A program made the position numbers and the translations under genes. A DNA stretch of 50,630 bases from a virus. Lineage: Duplodnaviria; Caudoviricetes. The notes beneath the pieces were generated by a model. It was not told the DNA's origin, made no database searches, and was given only the letters and a program-made list of their open reading frames with translations. The stretch covers positions 1 through 50,630 of IMG/VR virus record IMGVR_UViG_3300010048_000017, one strand, 5' to 3'. This document shows positions 1 to 9,205 of the stretch, one piece after another (the first letter of the stretch is position 1; each line of letters starts with the position of its first letter).

Positions 1-106
1 CTCATCTGCCGGTTTGTCGCGGAGTTGCGCTGGCGTTTTGTCGTAACCCGGTGTTACGTTCGGGTAAGCGACAAACCACCAATATGCAGGGAAGGTGATC
101 CCACAC

Positions 107-1117
107 ATGTCTCTCGTGATGACTCAGGCCGAGATTGACGACGACCCCGCCCGCTGGCACGAGCAGCGTCAACGCGGCATCGGCGGGTCAGACATCGCAA
201 CGATCGTCAGGGCCGAAGGCGCGTACTCCAGCCCGTTCGCCCTCTACTGGCAAAAGATCGACGGCGGGGGGATTCCCGACACGTTGCGCATGCGCCGGGG
301 GCGGCACGACGAGTCGCTCGTTGCTGAACTGCTCGACGAGTACCCCGCGATTCAGCCGATGACTGTTCTGCCGGGCGGGCTGTACCGCTCGGATGATCGC
401 CCGTGGCAGCAGGCGACGTTTGACCGGCTGACCGGTTACGGTGCGCCGATTCAGATCAAGACGTCGAACACGCGCGCTGGTTGGGGCGATGCCCCTGACG
501 GGGAGATTCCCGCGAACTACCTCGCTCAGATCTTGCATGAGATCGACGTCGCCGGCGCAGATGAGGGCCTGTTGCCGTGCTTGTTCGACGGCCCTGACGA
601 GCTCAGGGTGTACCGGGTGATCATCGACGCTGACGCGCGCAAAGACGTCGAGTTTCTCCGCGCGTCGGGTCAGCAGTTCTGGCAGCGCATCATCGACCGT
701 GACCCGCCTGACGTGGACTGGCACGCTGACACCACGGCGGCGCTCAAACGGATACACGCCCGTGTCGAGCACCGCGACGCGCGGATCCCGAAGTCGCTCG
801 CACGCCGGTTGCGTCGCGCTTATGCTGCGCGCCGCGCTGCTGAGCGCAGATTCAAGCAGGCCGAGAACGAGGTCAGGGAACTCATGGGTCCAGCGACGCG
901 GGCGATCACTCGCGGATCGAGGGGGATCGACGCTGACCACCCGAACGGGCTCGATTACGACGTGATCGCAACCCGGTCGGTGTACGACGAACGGCGCGTC
1001 AACCTGACTGACCTGCGCGCCGCCCGGCCGGCGCTGCTGGCCAAATTCACGCAGGCCAAGCAGATCGACAAGATGCTTGTCAAGCAGCCCAAGCCCACGA
1101 CTCGCGGGCGCGCGTAG
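107..1117 (+). CDS. YqaJ-like viral recombinase / RecE-type exonuclease
   Basis: WxxxRxxGIGGSD N-terminus, ATFDR and IQIKT (PD-(D/E)xK variant), YLAQI motif; directly upstream of RecT; AAGGTGATC SD before ATG 107. Confidence 0.88.
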   Translation: MSLVMTQAEIDDDPARWHEQRQRGIGGSDIATIVRAEGAYSSPFALYWQKIDGGGIPDTLRMRRGRHDESLVAELLDEYPAIQPMTVLPGGLYRSDDRPWQQATFDRLTGYGAPIQIKTSNTRAGWGDAPDGEIPANYLAQILHEIDVAGADEGLLPCLFDGPDELRVYRVIIDADARKDVEFLRASGQQFWQRIIDRDPPDVDWHADTTAALKRIHARVEHRDARIPKSLARRLRRAYAARRAAERRFKQAENEVRELMGPATRAITRGSRGIDADHPNGLDYDVIATRSVYDERRVNLTDLRAARPALLAKFTQAKQIDKMLVKQPKPTTRGRA

Positions 1118-1156
1118 GCTCGCCCGCCCATACCGTTACAACGACAGGAGAGTGCA

Positions 1157-2386
1157 ATGCCAGCAAGGGGAAACGTCCGCGACCGATCTGACCGCGGTCA
1201 GGGCGAGCCGAGCGCGAGCAGTCAAGAGATCGCGCGGCTCGAAGATCGCATCAGGAGCGGCAAGGGCTATTACAACGCCGTGTCGCCGGCGTTCGTCGCG
1301 GGTGACGCGTTCGTCGCAATGGCGATGGGCTACTTGCGAGCGCGCCCGAAACTCGCTGTCGCTGCGACCCGCAATCCTGGGTCGTTTCTGGCGGCGCTGT
1401 CTGAGTGCGCGCGGCAAGGGCTCGTGCTGGGCGAGACGTATCACATCGTCGGCCCGTTCAACGACCCCAAAGGCGAGGTCACGGGCGTGCAGGGCGGGGT
1501 GTATTGCGTCGGCATGCGCGATTACAAGGGCGAGATCGAACTGATGTACCGCAGCGGCGGGGTTCGCACCGTCGTGTATGACGTGATCCGCGACCGCGAC
1601 ACATTCAAGCGCGGGCGGCACCCGCATGAGGCTCCCGAGTTCGCGCCGCTCGACGAGGGACTCGCCAGCGACGCCGACCGGGGCGAACTCAAAGGCGTAT
1701 TCGCGTACGCGATCCTCGAATCAGGGGCAGTGTCGCGGGTCGTCGTCATGGGACGCGACGAGATCATGCGCCACCGCGAAGCGTCCAGAAACAAAAAGCT
1801 ATGGGATGGGCCGTGGGAGATCAGCGCGTGGCTCAAGACGGGGATTCACGAACTGCGCAAGGGCGTGCCGACGTCGGCTGAGTACCGCGTCGATCAGTAC
1901 CGGGCGATGATCGCAGCGAACCAACTGCCGGGCGCGGAGATCGCAGCGGCGGGCGGGGATCTGGCCGTGGTCAGCGACGACGATCTGACCGCGCCGGCGC
2001 TGGACGCTGGGCCGGGCACGATCAACGGCGAAGTCGAGCGCGGCCAGGCACCGAAAGCGCCGGCGGGCAAGCAGCAGCAAACCCGCGAACGGCGCAAGGG
2101 CCGGGGCGAGCCCAAGACTGAGCCCCCGAAGCGTGACCCCGCTGACATCCGTCAGATCGTCGCGCTCATGGATGAGATCGGCGTGCCCCCCGACCGGCGC
2201 ATTCTCACCGTCGAGGCGATCCTGCCGCAGTGGGAGGTCAGCGACCCGCCCGCGCTCGACGACGACCAGCACGCGACAGTGATCGCCAAACTGCGCGAGT
2301 TCATCGACACCGCCGACCCCGACCCCGAAGCGGGCCTAGCGCCCTATGACAACTGGCACACCTGGATCAGTTCACCCGCTGACTAA
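1157..2386 (+). CDS. recT: RecT-family ssDNA annealing protein with extended C-terminus
   Basis: SFLAALSECARQGL, YKGEIELMYRSG, GVFAYA, W...WLKT motifs; CAGGAG SD; paired with YqaJ exonuclease. Confidence 0.88.
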   Translation: MPARGNVRDRSDRGQGEPSASSQEIARLEDRIRSGKGYYNAVSPAFVAGDAFVAMAMGYLRARPKLAVAATRNPGSFLAALSECARQGLVLGETYHIVGPFNDPKGEVTGVQGGVYCVGMRDYKGEIELMYRSGGVRTVVYDVIRDRDTFKRGRHPHEAPEFAPLDEGLASDADRGELKGVFAYAILESGAVSRVVVMGRDEIMRHREASRNKKLWDGPWEISAWLKTGIHELRKGVPTSAEYRVDQYRAMIAANQLPGAEIAAAGGDLAVVSDDDLTAPALDAGPGTINGEVERGQAPKAPAGKQQQTRERRKGRGEPKTEPPKRDPADIRQIVALMDEIGVPPDRRILTVEAILPQWEVSDPPALDDDQHATVIAKLREFIDTADPDPEAGLAPYDNWHTWISSPAD

Positions 2387-2387
2387 A

Positions 2388-2441
2388 ACGAGCGAGCGCC
2401 GGCCGCCGGGGGGGATAGCGGCCGGCGCTGACTCGCCCGTT
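2388..2441 (+). terminator. GC-rich hairpin after recT
   Basis: AGCGCCGGCCGC / GCGGCCGGCGCT inverted repeat just after the stop; no U-tract. Confidence 0.5.
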
Positions 2442-2619
2442 ACAACGAGACGCCGCCGATGAGACAGACGCAGATCAAGCGTACCGCGATGAGGGGGTTT
2501 CGCCCCGGCGCTGCGCGGGCGTAAGGTCAAGCCCTAGCACGGAAGAAATGCGAGAGGCCCGCGCCGTCACAGACTCGGGCCTCACGCTCTGCCCTTGCAG
2601 ACAGGGATTGGTGATCCAA

Positions 2620-3441
2620 TTGCTGATCATACAGGCGCCGGCGTCAGGCGCAAGTGCCCACGCGTCGCGACACGCCGTGCTCGCCGCCCTGCGTAACCCC
2701 GCCAACTGGCGACGTGCCCACGATTGCCGGCCCGCGATCAAAGCAGCGACCCGCGCGGCGGGGCTGCCACCAGCGACCCGAGCGTTCGGGTTGTGGCTCG
2801 CTGAAAAGTTCAAACCTGACGGCACGCTGTACGCCGACGCCGACCGGGGCATGCTCGCTGCGTGGTACGGCATCAGCGCCCGCACGCTGTCACGCCACCT
2901 CGCCGCGCTCGACGCTGCCGGGCTCATCGAACGCCAGCACAGCGGCCGGCTCGTGCCCCGGACGGGCTGTTATCAGCACGTCGTCGTGATCCTCGCCGCA
3001 GCTGAGTTCCGCGAGCATGATGAGCGTCTTTCGCTCACTGTGCCGAAACAAGCCGCTGAGCAGCGAAATGGTCAACCTTGTCCACCCCACACCCCTATAA
3101 GGGTAGGTTCCTCCGGTTCTGTAGGTGCGAAGCTGCCCGTTGAGGACGCGCGCGCGACCGAGATCGAGCAGCAGTGGGAAGCCGAGCGGGAGCAACGCTG
3201 GGTGCGTGATCACTGGCCGCTGCTGGCCAAGTCGCGCACTGATGTGCCGATGCTGCGACCGGGCTACTCGGACAACGTCACGCTCGATCCCGAGGCCCGC
3301 GCGCGCCTCATCGGCGCTCGACGACCAGCGCCAACGACTGAGCAGCGGATCGCGTGGCTGCGTCAAAGCCGCGACCCCGCGCATCACACGCTCGCTGACT
3401 GTCTGGAAAGACACGGCGGCGACGACGAAAGGCCGTTCTGA
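2620..3441 (+). CDS. Winged-HTH protein, possible replication initiator
   Basis: LAAWYGISARTLSRHLAALDAAGLI HTH; GGTGATCCAA-TTG start at 2620, in frame with the 2548 ORF; position after the recombination genes. Confidence 0.55.
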   Translation: MLIIQAPASGASAHASRHAVLAALRNPANWRRAHDCRPAIKAATRAAGLPPATRAFGLWLAEKFKPDGTLYADADRGMLAAWYGISARTLSRHLAALDAAGLIERQHSGRLVPRTGCYQHVVVILAAAEFREHDERLSLTVPKQAAEQRNGQPCPPHTPIRVGSSGSVGAKLPVEDARATEIEQQWEAEREQRWVRDHWPLLAKSRTDVPMLRPGYSDNVTLDPEARARLIGARRPAPTTEQRIAWLRQSRDPAHHTLADCLERHGGDDERPF

Positions 3442-4049
3442 TGCCAGCCAGCAAGACAGTCACGATCGACGATCTGATCAACATCTGCCCGCCCGGCACT
3501 GACCCGCGCATCCGTCAGTGGCTCGGGCGCGTGCTCGCTGAGACGCAGAGGCGCAACCGGGCGCGCGCTGAGCGTGTATTGAAATACGACGATCTGCGCG
3601 AGGCGTTGCGCAATGAACTCGGGATCAACCCGTATGAGTGGAACGGCTACGTCGAGCCGTTGCAGGGCCAAGACATGACCGCTGAGCGGGTGCATTCGCC
3701 CAAGGGCCGGCCTAATCTGCGCAAGCGCACCACCGTTGATCGCCAGTCAAACCGCGACGATGAGCGGCGCAAGTCTCTTATCGCGATCGTCAGCGAAGCG
3801 TGGCAGCGTGATCTCGACGCCGGGCTTGTCGAGCCCGAGCAGGCGATTGAGGCGATGTTCCCGTTCCCGATTCCGGGGCTCAAAGCGCCCGAGCGGACGC
3901 TGAGCGCTGACACTGATCTAGGCGAGTTCGACGGGGAGCAGCAAACCCTCGACGACGAGATCGACGACGATGAGCGGGAGCAGACGTTTATGCGCGGCCC
4001 GGGCCGTCAGCAGCCTCGCCGCACGTCACGAGCGGATCGCCGGCGATGA
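3441..4049 (+). CDS. Hypothetical protein
   Basis: 202-aa ORF with TGATG coupling upstream and ATGA overlap downstream. Confidence 0.75.
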   Translation: MPASKTVTIDDLINICPPGTDPRIRQWLGRVLAETQRRNRARAERVLKYDDLREALRNELGINPYEWNGYVEPLQGQDMTAERVHSPKGRPNLRKRTTVDRQSNRDDERRKSLIAIVSEAWQRDLDAGLVEPEQAIEAMFPFPIPGLKAPERTLSADTDLGEFDGEQQTLDDEIDDDEREQTFMRGPGRQQPRRTSRADRRR

Positions 4050-4543
4050 GGCGCTCAGACATGGACGCGCGGCTTGACGAACTGTACGCGCAGCTTCCGA
4101 CGATCAACTGCACGGGCGCGTGCTGGGGCTCGTGCGGGCCGATCGACATGACGCACCGGGAGCGGCAGCGGATCCGCGAGCACGGGGTCAAGATCCCCCA
4201 TTACACCGTCACCGAACTGGCGATCGTCGCGCTGTCGAATGAGGGCGCGATGTGCCCCGCGCTGGTCAACCGGCGTTGCTCGGTCTACCTGGCACGCCCG
4301 CTGATCTGCCGGTTGTACGGCATCACAGAGGCGATGAAATGCCCGCACGGGTGCGTGCCGTCGCCCCGGTATCTGAACGACGGCGAGACACACGATCTGT
4401 TCACTGAGGTAATGCTGATCGGCGGGCATGAGCTCGTCGGCGGCATGAGCGAGGCTGAGTTTCGCGCGCACGCGGCGACGCAACGTCGGACGTTCCGCCC
4501 GACTGTCCGCATGCGCGCGTTTGAGCAGCGCGGCCAGCGATAG
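4046..4543 (+). CDS. YkgJ-family (CxxCxxCC-like) cysteine-cluster protein
   Basis: CTGACWGSC ... CPAL ... CSVYLARPLICRLY pattern. Confidence 0.8.
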   Translation: MRRSDMDARLDELYAQLPTINCTGACWGSCGPIDMTHRERQRIREHGVKIPHYTVTELAIVALSNEGAMCPALVNRRCSVYLARPLICRLYGITEAMKCPHGCVPSPRYLNDGETHDLFTEVMLIGGHELVGGMSEAEFRAHAATQRRTFRPTVRMRAFEQRGQR

Positions 4544-4558
4544 AGAGGATCACCGGCC

Positions 4559-5239
4559 ATGACAGATCACATCGACCGGCCCGCCCGGTTGCGGGTGTAC
4601 GGGCTCGACTTGTCGCTGACCTCGACGGGGGTCGCGTGCGTGCTCGATCCCGTGCATGACGACGCCGGCCCGCCCCGCGTGTGGGCCGAAACGATCAAGC
4701 CGCGGCACCGGGGGCACGAGCGCCTCGACGAACTGGCCGGGCGGATTCACACGTTCATCGCGACCGCCCGCCCTGGTGAGCCGGGCATCGACATGACGCG
4801 GCCCGTGCCGTCGTACACGTTCGTCGTCGTTGAGGGTCCGATCTACCGGGTGCCCAAGGTCAAGATGGGCGATGGCACGCGCGAGACGAGTCTTAGGGGA
4901 TACCACGAGCGCGCCGGGTTGTGGTGGATGATCACGCACCGGTTGTGGCGTCTGGGCATCCCCGTCGCAGTCGCCCCGCCGTCGTCGATCAAACTGTTCG
5001 CCACTGGCAAGGGCAACGCGGCCAAAGATCGCGTGTTCGCCTCGGTGGTGCGCAAGTTCCCCGACGTCGAGTCCAACGATGAGGCTGACGCGCTGGCCTG
5101 CGCGGCGATGGGCGCTGCTCACCTGGGCGTGCCGCTCGTGCAGTACGACACGACGCTCGCCCGTGAGCGCGCGCTCGCCGGCGTCGAGTGGTGGCCGGCG
5201 CTTGAATCGGTGCTCACCGCGACCGGGATGCTGCCGTGA
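4559..5239 (+). CDS. RuvC-like Holliday junction resolvase
   Basis: GLDLSLTSTG, VVVEG, PSSIKLFATGKGNAAK and NDEADA motifs. Confidence 0.88.
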   Translation: MTDHIDRPARLRVYGLDLSLTSTGVACVLDPVHDDAGPPRVWAETIKPRHRGHERLDELAGRIHTFIATARPGEPGIDMTRPVPSYTFVVVEGPIYRVPKVKMGDGTRETSLRGYHERAGLWWMITHRLWRLGIPVAVAPPSSIKLFATGKGNAAKDRVFASVVRKFPDVESNDEADALACAAMGAAHLGVPLVQYDTTLARERALAGVEWWPALESVLTATGMLP

Positions 5240-5799
5240 TCACGCTGACCGCGCTCAACGGCAGCGGGCATCTGCACGAGCCCGCCGACCACCACCGCAA
5301 CCAGTACGACGACCCGTTCAACGTTGACCCGTGCTCGCACTGCGGCGGGCCGAGGGTGCGCGGGCGGGCGGGTCTGGGGCGGTGCAATCTCGGGCTTTGC
5401 TCGACGTGTTACACGCGGTGGATGGACAACGGCTACCCCGCCGGCGGCCCGCCGCAGCGGCGGCCGGGCGGGCGCGGGTGGCGGCTCAATGACCCCGGCC
5501 TGCTGGCCGAGTTCGCAGAACTGGACCGGTGCGGCACGCCGGGGCGCAGTGCTGAGCTCGCGCAACGTTTCGGCGTAACCCGGCGCACATTGTCACGCTG
5601 GCGCCGTGTTATAGAAAGACGCGCACATACCCGCGAACTGCGCGCGAACGCCATCACCGACGCCGGCCCGGTGCTTGTGCGCCGGCGCGCATCCCAGCGG
5701 GGGGAGTATGAGCCCGACGCGATCATCATCATGGCTGCCGCCGAAGCGGTGGCGGGCCAAACGGGCGGCGCTCGACGCGTTGACTGTGTCAGCGCTTAA
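5236..5799 (+). CDS. Zn-finger plus HTH DNA-binding protein
   Basis: CSHC...GLCSTCY followed by ELAQRFGVTRRTLSRW; GTGA overlap. Confidence 0.65.
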   Translation: MITLTALNGSGHLHEPADHHRNQYDDPFNVDPCSHCGGPRVRGRAGLGRCNLGLCSTCYTRWMDNGYPAGGPPQRRPGGRGWRLNDPGLLAEFAELDRCGTPGRSAELAQRFGVTRRTLSRWRRVIERRAHTRELRANAITDAGPVLVRRRASQRGEYEPDAIIIMAAAEAVAGQTGGARRVDCVSA

Positions 5800-5908
5800 C
5801 CGCGTGTCCCACGAGACAGACAACGGGCGGCTGCGAGGCTTGACGTACCGGGGCGTCGTGGCCGACCTCGCCACCATCCACCGAGAACTGAGCGCCGATG
5901 ACAAGTAG
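5786..5908 (+). CDS. Small hypothetical protein (40 aa)
   Basis: GTG at 5786 within the 5675 ORF; fills the gap between flanking genes. Confidence 0.35.
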   Translation: MSALNRVSHETDNGRLRGLTYRGVVADLATIHRELSADDK

Positions 5909-6164
5909 CACGCTCGATCTGCCCGACCTTGACGAGATCGTCACGGCCGGCGACCCGCCGTGCGAGGTGGTCAGGTACGTCGATGGCGTCTGCGTCGGGC
6001 AGTGCGGCAGCCCGTCGTCGGCGCGGTGCGACATGCGCTGCCAGATGTGTGACAACGTCACGAGGCCCGCGTTCATCTGCCCGCCGTGCATCGACGACTG
6101 CCGCGCGGGCCGCGCCCGCTGCGCCGTCGATCATGGGACGCTTGTGATCAGGCGGTGGTATTAG
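5898..6164 (+). CDS. Cys-rich hypothetical protein
   Basis: Several CxxC pairs; tight operon packing. Confidence 0.65.
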   Translation: MTSSTLDLPDLDEIVTAGDPPCEVVRYVDGVCVGQCGSPSSARCDMRCQMCDNVTRPAFICPPCIDDCRAGRARCAVDHGTLVIRRWY

Positions 6165-6433
6165 TGGCGCTGATCCAGTACATGCAGGCTGACGGCGATC
6201 TGACGTTGCGCGTGACGCTGCACTGCCCGCGCTGCCACGGGTGCGCGATCGTCGAGCACGTGCCGACCGAGGGATTGCAGCACTACCTGATGGGCGTGCC
6301 CGCTGCGATCGCCCTGCCTGGCATGGCCGACGCTGACCGCGACAAACTCGTCACCGGTTACCACCCGTGGTGCATCACGCAAGCGCTCGCCAGCGAGATC
6401 CCCGATGACGTGAGCGGGCTGAGCAGTGACTAA
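6164..6433 (+). CDS. Hypothetical protein with CPRC motif
   Basis: TAGTG overlap start at 6164, in the frame of ORF 6086. Confidence 0.65.
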   Translation: MALIQYMQADGDLTLRVTLHCPRCHGCAIVEHVPTEGLQHYLMGVPAAIALPGMADADRDKLVTGYHPWCITQALASEIPDDVSGLSSD

Positions 6434-6595
6434 GAAAACCCGCCGCATCCTGCCCCGGGGGCAGCGCCCCGTGTACGGCAGCAAACTCGGTGTCGTAAGC
6501 CATGCCGATAATTGCCCGTGCCGCCCGTGCAGGCGGTTGCGGGCCAACGGCTCGACGCGCCGAAGCGAGGCGCGCGGCACCACCGAGGGGAACTG

Positions 6596-7225
6596 ATGAG
6601 ACGCCTGCTGATCGCGCTGGCCGCGGTCGCCGCGCTCGCCGGTTGCGGCAGCAGCACGAGCAACGGGTTCGTCCCGAATGCGGTCACGTCGAGCCCGAGC
6701 CCGCTGGCCAGCCCCAGCGCCAGCGCGAGCCCGAGCGTCTCGCATCATCATCACCGTCTCGTGCGCGTGCATGACCCCGGCGAGATCACCGGCACAATCG
6801 TCGGCCCGTGCCACGCCCGGCAGAACGGGCAGCTTCCGGATCCGCACTGCACACCCGGCAGCATCGACCCGACGCTGACCGCAGCTGAGATCTGCGCCCC
6901 GAACTACACGACCAGCGCGTACCGCCCGCCGTCGTCGCAGACGTCGCGGTTTAAGTACGACGTCGCTGAGCCCGCCTATGGCATGGCGGGGCTCGCGGGC
7001 GAACTCGATCATCTTGTGTCGCTGGAGTTGGGCGGGTCCAACGACGCCGCGAACTTGTGGCCAGAACCGGGGGCGATCCCCAACCCGAAAGACAGCGTCG
7101 AGAACAAACTCCATGCGTGGGTGTGCGCGGGGTCGGACGCTGCCGAACAGCAACGACGTCTCAGGGCCGCGCAGCATGCGATCGCTGAGGACTGGACGAC
7201 CGCCGTGCAAAAGCTCGGCGCGTAA
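6596..7225 (+). CDS. Lipoprotein with HNH/His-Me-like domain
   Basis: MRRLLIALAAVAALAG-C lipobox; ELDHLVSLELGGSNDAANLWPE...NPKD motif; GAGGGG SD. Confidence 0.8.
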   Translation: MRRLLIALAAVAALAGCGSSTSNGFVPNAVTSSPSPLASPSASASPSVSHHHHRLVRVHDPGEITGTIVGPCHARQNGQLPDPHCTPGSIDPTLTAAEICAPNYTTSAYRPPSSQTSRFKYDVAEPAYGMAGLAGELDHLVSLELGGSNDAANLWPEPGAIPNPKDSVENKLHAWVCAGSDAAEQQRRLRAAQHAIAEDWTTAVQKLGA

Positions 7226-7249
7226 CAAGATCAGGAGAGGTGATCTGGC

Positions 7250-7588
7250 ATGGCTGACAACGACGGGCCTAGTTTGACCGCAGCGGGCGATCTGCCCGGG
7301 GACCTGTACAACGGGTTCACTGCGATCGTGTCGGAACTGCTCAAAGGCGCTGAGCGCGGCGCGAAATACGTCACGGTGACTGTATGGCAAGCGGGCTCGA
7401 CGACGATCAACCACCGCAAGGGCAACGCGACACGGCAAGCGCTCGCGGTCGTGTCGGTCGAGATCTTGCGGGACGCCGACGCCGATCAGGCGATGGCGAT
7501 GCACGACGCGGCGTTCCACGCTCGCACCGACGACGAGTCGATGCCGAAGCAGGGGGCGCTCACGGGCGGCGACGGCGCCGACGAGTAA
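7250..7588 (+). CDS. Hypothetical protein
   Basis: AGGAGAGGTGATC SD before ATG 7250. Confidence 0.8.
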   Translation: MADNDGPSLTAAGDLPGDLYNGFTAIVSELLKGAERGAKYVTVTVWQAGSTTINHRKGNATRQALAVVSVEILRDADADQAMAMHDAAFHARTDDESMPKQGALTGGDGADE

Positions 7589-8265
7589 CAGCGGGCGAGC
7601 GCCGGCCGCCGAGCACGGGCCGGCGCTCGCGCCCGCCTGATTGGCTGCTGTTCTGTGCGTGCGTGCTCGCGATTCTGACGTTGCCGGCGCTCGCGTTCGT
7701 CGGCACTTTGCATTTGGTCCGGGTGCTGTCGCATGTGCAGCCGACCAGCCCGTTGCCTGTGATCCCCGCGCCGTCGCCGTCGAGCTCAACTGCGCGCGCG
7801 TCTCGAGCCGCGCCCTCTCACACGATTTGTAATTTTTGTAATCAGCCGGCGACGCTCGCGCCGACGTACCCGGTCGCGCCGGCCACCAGGCACGCAAAGC
7901 GACCCGCGCCGAGCCCGAGCCCGCGCGCGAGCCCGACCGCGGGGAGCACGCCGACGCCGAGCCCGACGATCAGCGTCAGCCCGTCGCCGTCGCTGAGCCC
8001 GAGCGAAAGCCCCCAACCATCAAGCAGCCCGCCTGCGCGCTCGCCGCAGACGGGCCGCCCGAGGGTTGATTATCTCAAACCGTTGCAGTGCAGATATTCA
8101 CGCTTGGCCGCATCGGTGATCCACGGCGGGGCGTCGTCGAGCACGCCCCGCGCGATGACGACCCACCCCTCGCCGGCGAGCGCGCTCTTGCCCGCGTCGC
8201 GTTCGCGCTCGCGCTGGAGGTCATACAGCCAAAGCGTCTGCTCATCCATCACCCGGTCACGGTGA
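7585..8265 (+). CDS. Possible membrane protein with Pro/Ser/Thr-rich tail; start uncertain, possibly degenerate
   Basis: Hydrophobic WLLFCACVLAILTLPALAFVG segment then (SP)n repeats; the expected GTGA overlap reads GTAA; 3' end runs into a convergent gene. Confidence 0.4.
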   Translation, partial: VTAGERRPPSTGRRSRPPDWLLFCACVLAILTLPALAFVGTLHLVRVLSHVQPTSPLPVIPAPSPSSSTARASRAAPSHTICNFCNQPATLAPTYPVAPATRHAKRPAPSPSPRASPTAGSTPTPSPTISVSPSPSLSPSESPQPSSSPPARSPQTGRPRVDYLKPLQCRYSRLAASVIHGGASSSTPRAMTTHPSPASALLPASRSRSRWRSYSQSVCSSITRSR

Positions 8266-8504
8266 GCCGGCGGGCTGGCGTAGAACATCGGAAAGACGAT
8301 CCCGTCGTCAGGGGTCGCGGTCGCGACGATCCGCGCGCTGTCGCCCTCGACGTACCTGATCGCATAATTGCGCTGGTCAACACGAGCGCGGTCGGTCGCG
8401 ACCTTGACCGCCTCATCCCAGTGTTCGGGCTTGGCGTCAGCAGTCTCATACCAAGCCCCAGACGCGCCCTCAGCGCTCACGCAGTACACGCGTCGCGCCC
8501 TCAC
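8070..8504 (-). CDS. Hypothetical protein
   Basis: GTGA overlap with the upstream HNH gene. Confidence 0.65.
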   Translation of the reverse strand: MRARRVYCVSAEGASGAWYETADAKPEHWDEAVKVATDRARVDQRNYAIRYVEGDSARIVATATPDDGIVFPMFYASPPAHRDRVMDEQTLWLYDLQRERERDAGKSALAGEGWVVIARGVLDDAPPWITDAAKREYLHCNGLR

Positions 8505-9205
8505 GAGATCGGCCTTTCAGTCACAGCGAACGGTTGTGAGTCGCCCGCGTGGTCGAGACGGCACTGAGCGCCCTGACCTTTTGACGTGTTGCAACGCGTG
8601 CAGAGCGTCTGATAGCCGGCGGGCAACCCCTCGCGGATCAAGTACGCGTAGAACTGCGAGCGCCAATGGCCGATCTCACGACGATGCGTCTTGCCGTCGC
8701 CGTTGACGTGGTCAAGCGTCAGTTGATCAGCGCTGCCGCAGCACACGCACCGCTCGCCGTAATGGGCGAACACGATCGCGCGCTGCTTGGCGTACAGCGT
8801 CACACCGTCGCGCGGGTATCGCTTAGTGATCGCTTGCTGCGTGACCCCGAGCGCGGTCGCTATGTCGTGGTCTGAGTAGCCGAACGCGCGCGCGCCCTCG
8901 ACAGCGAGCGTGAGCGTCCGCTTGGCCCGAGTGATCTCGTCACTGAGCCAGCGCAGCGCGTCGAGATCGCCAGCAGCGCGAACGCCGACGTTCGCGATCT
9001 GCCTGCTGAGCGATCGCGTGTATGCGCTCGTTTCGGTGATGCGCTCGACGCGTTCTTGACGGCGGGCGCAGTCATCGGAGCAAAACCGCCGGCGGCGGGG
9101 CGGCAGCGGCTTGCCGCACGTCTCGTCGAGCACGCGCCGGCGCTTGCGCCCGTCCGCGCCTTTCTCGACGACGACGATGCGGGCGCAGCACTCAGTCGCG
9201 CGCAT
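8501..9205 (-). CDS. Zn-finger/HTH/HNH endonuclease fusion protein
   Basis: CGKPL..FCSDDC; GYSDHDIATALGVTQQAITKRY HTH; CVCC..LTLDH..LCTRCNTSK HNH; TAATG start overlap at 9205. Confidence 0.8.
   Translation of the reverse strand: MRATECCARIVVVEKGADGRKRRRVLDETCGKPLPPRRRRFCSDDCARRQERVERITETSAYTRSLSRQIANVGVRAAGDLDALRWLSDEITRAKRTLTLAVEGARAFGYSDHDIATALGVTQQAITKRYPRDGVTLYAKQRAIVFAHYGERCVCCGSADQLTLDHVNGDGKTHRREIGHWRSQFYAYLIREGLPAGYQTLCTRCNTSKGQGAQCRLDHAGDSQPFAVTERPIS

Noticed and set aside
6518-6580. Riboswitch-like three-way junction upstream of the lipoprotein gene
   Set aside because: Short GC-only stems, a single copy and no recognisable aptamer consensus.
6161-7897. 578-aa minus-strand ORF and other long antisense ORFs (for example 42869-44566 and 30296-31666)
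   Set aside because: Shadow ORFs of high-GC coding sequence; the opposite strand has motif-bearing genes with SD sites.
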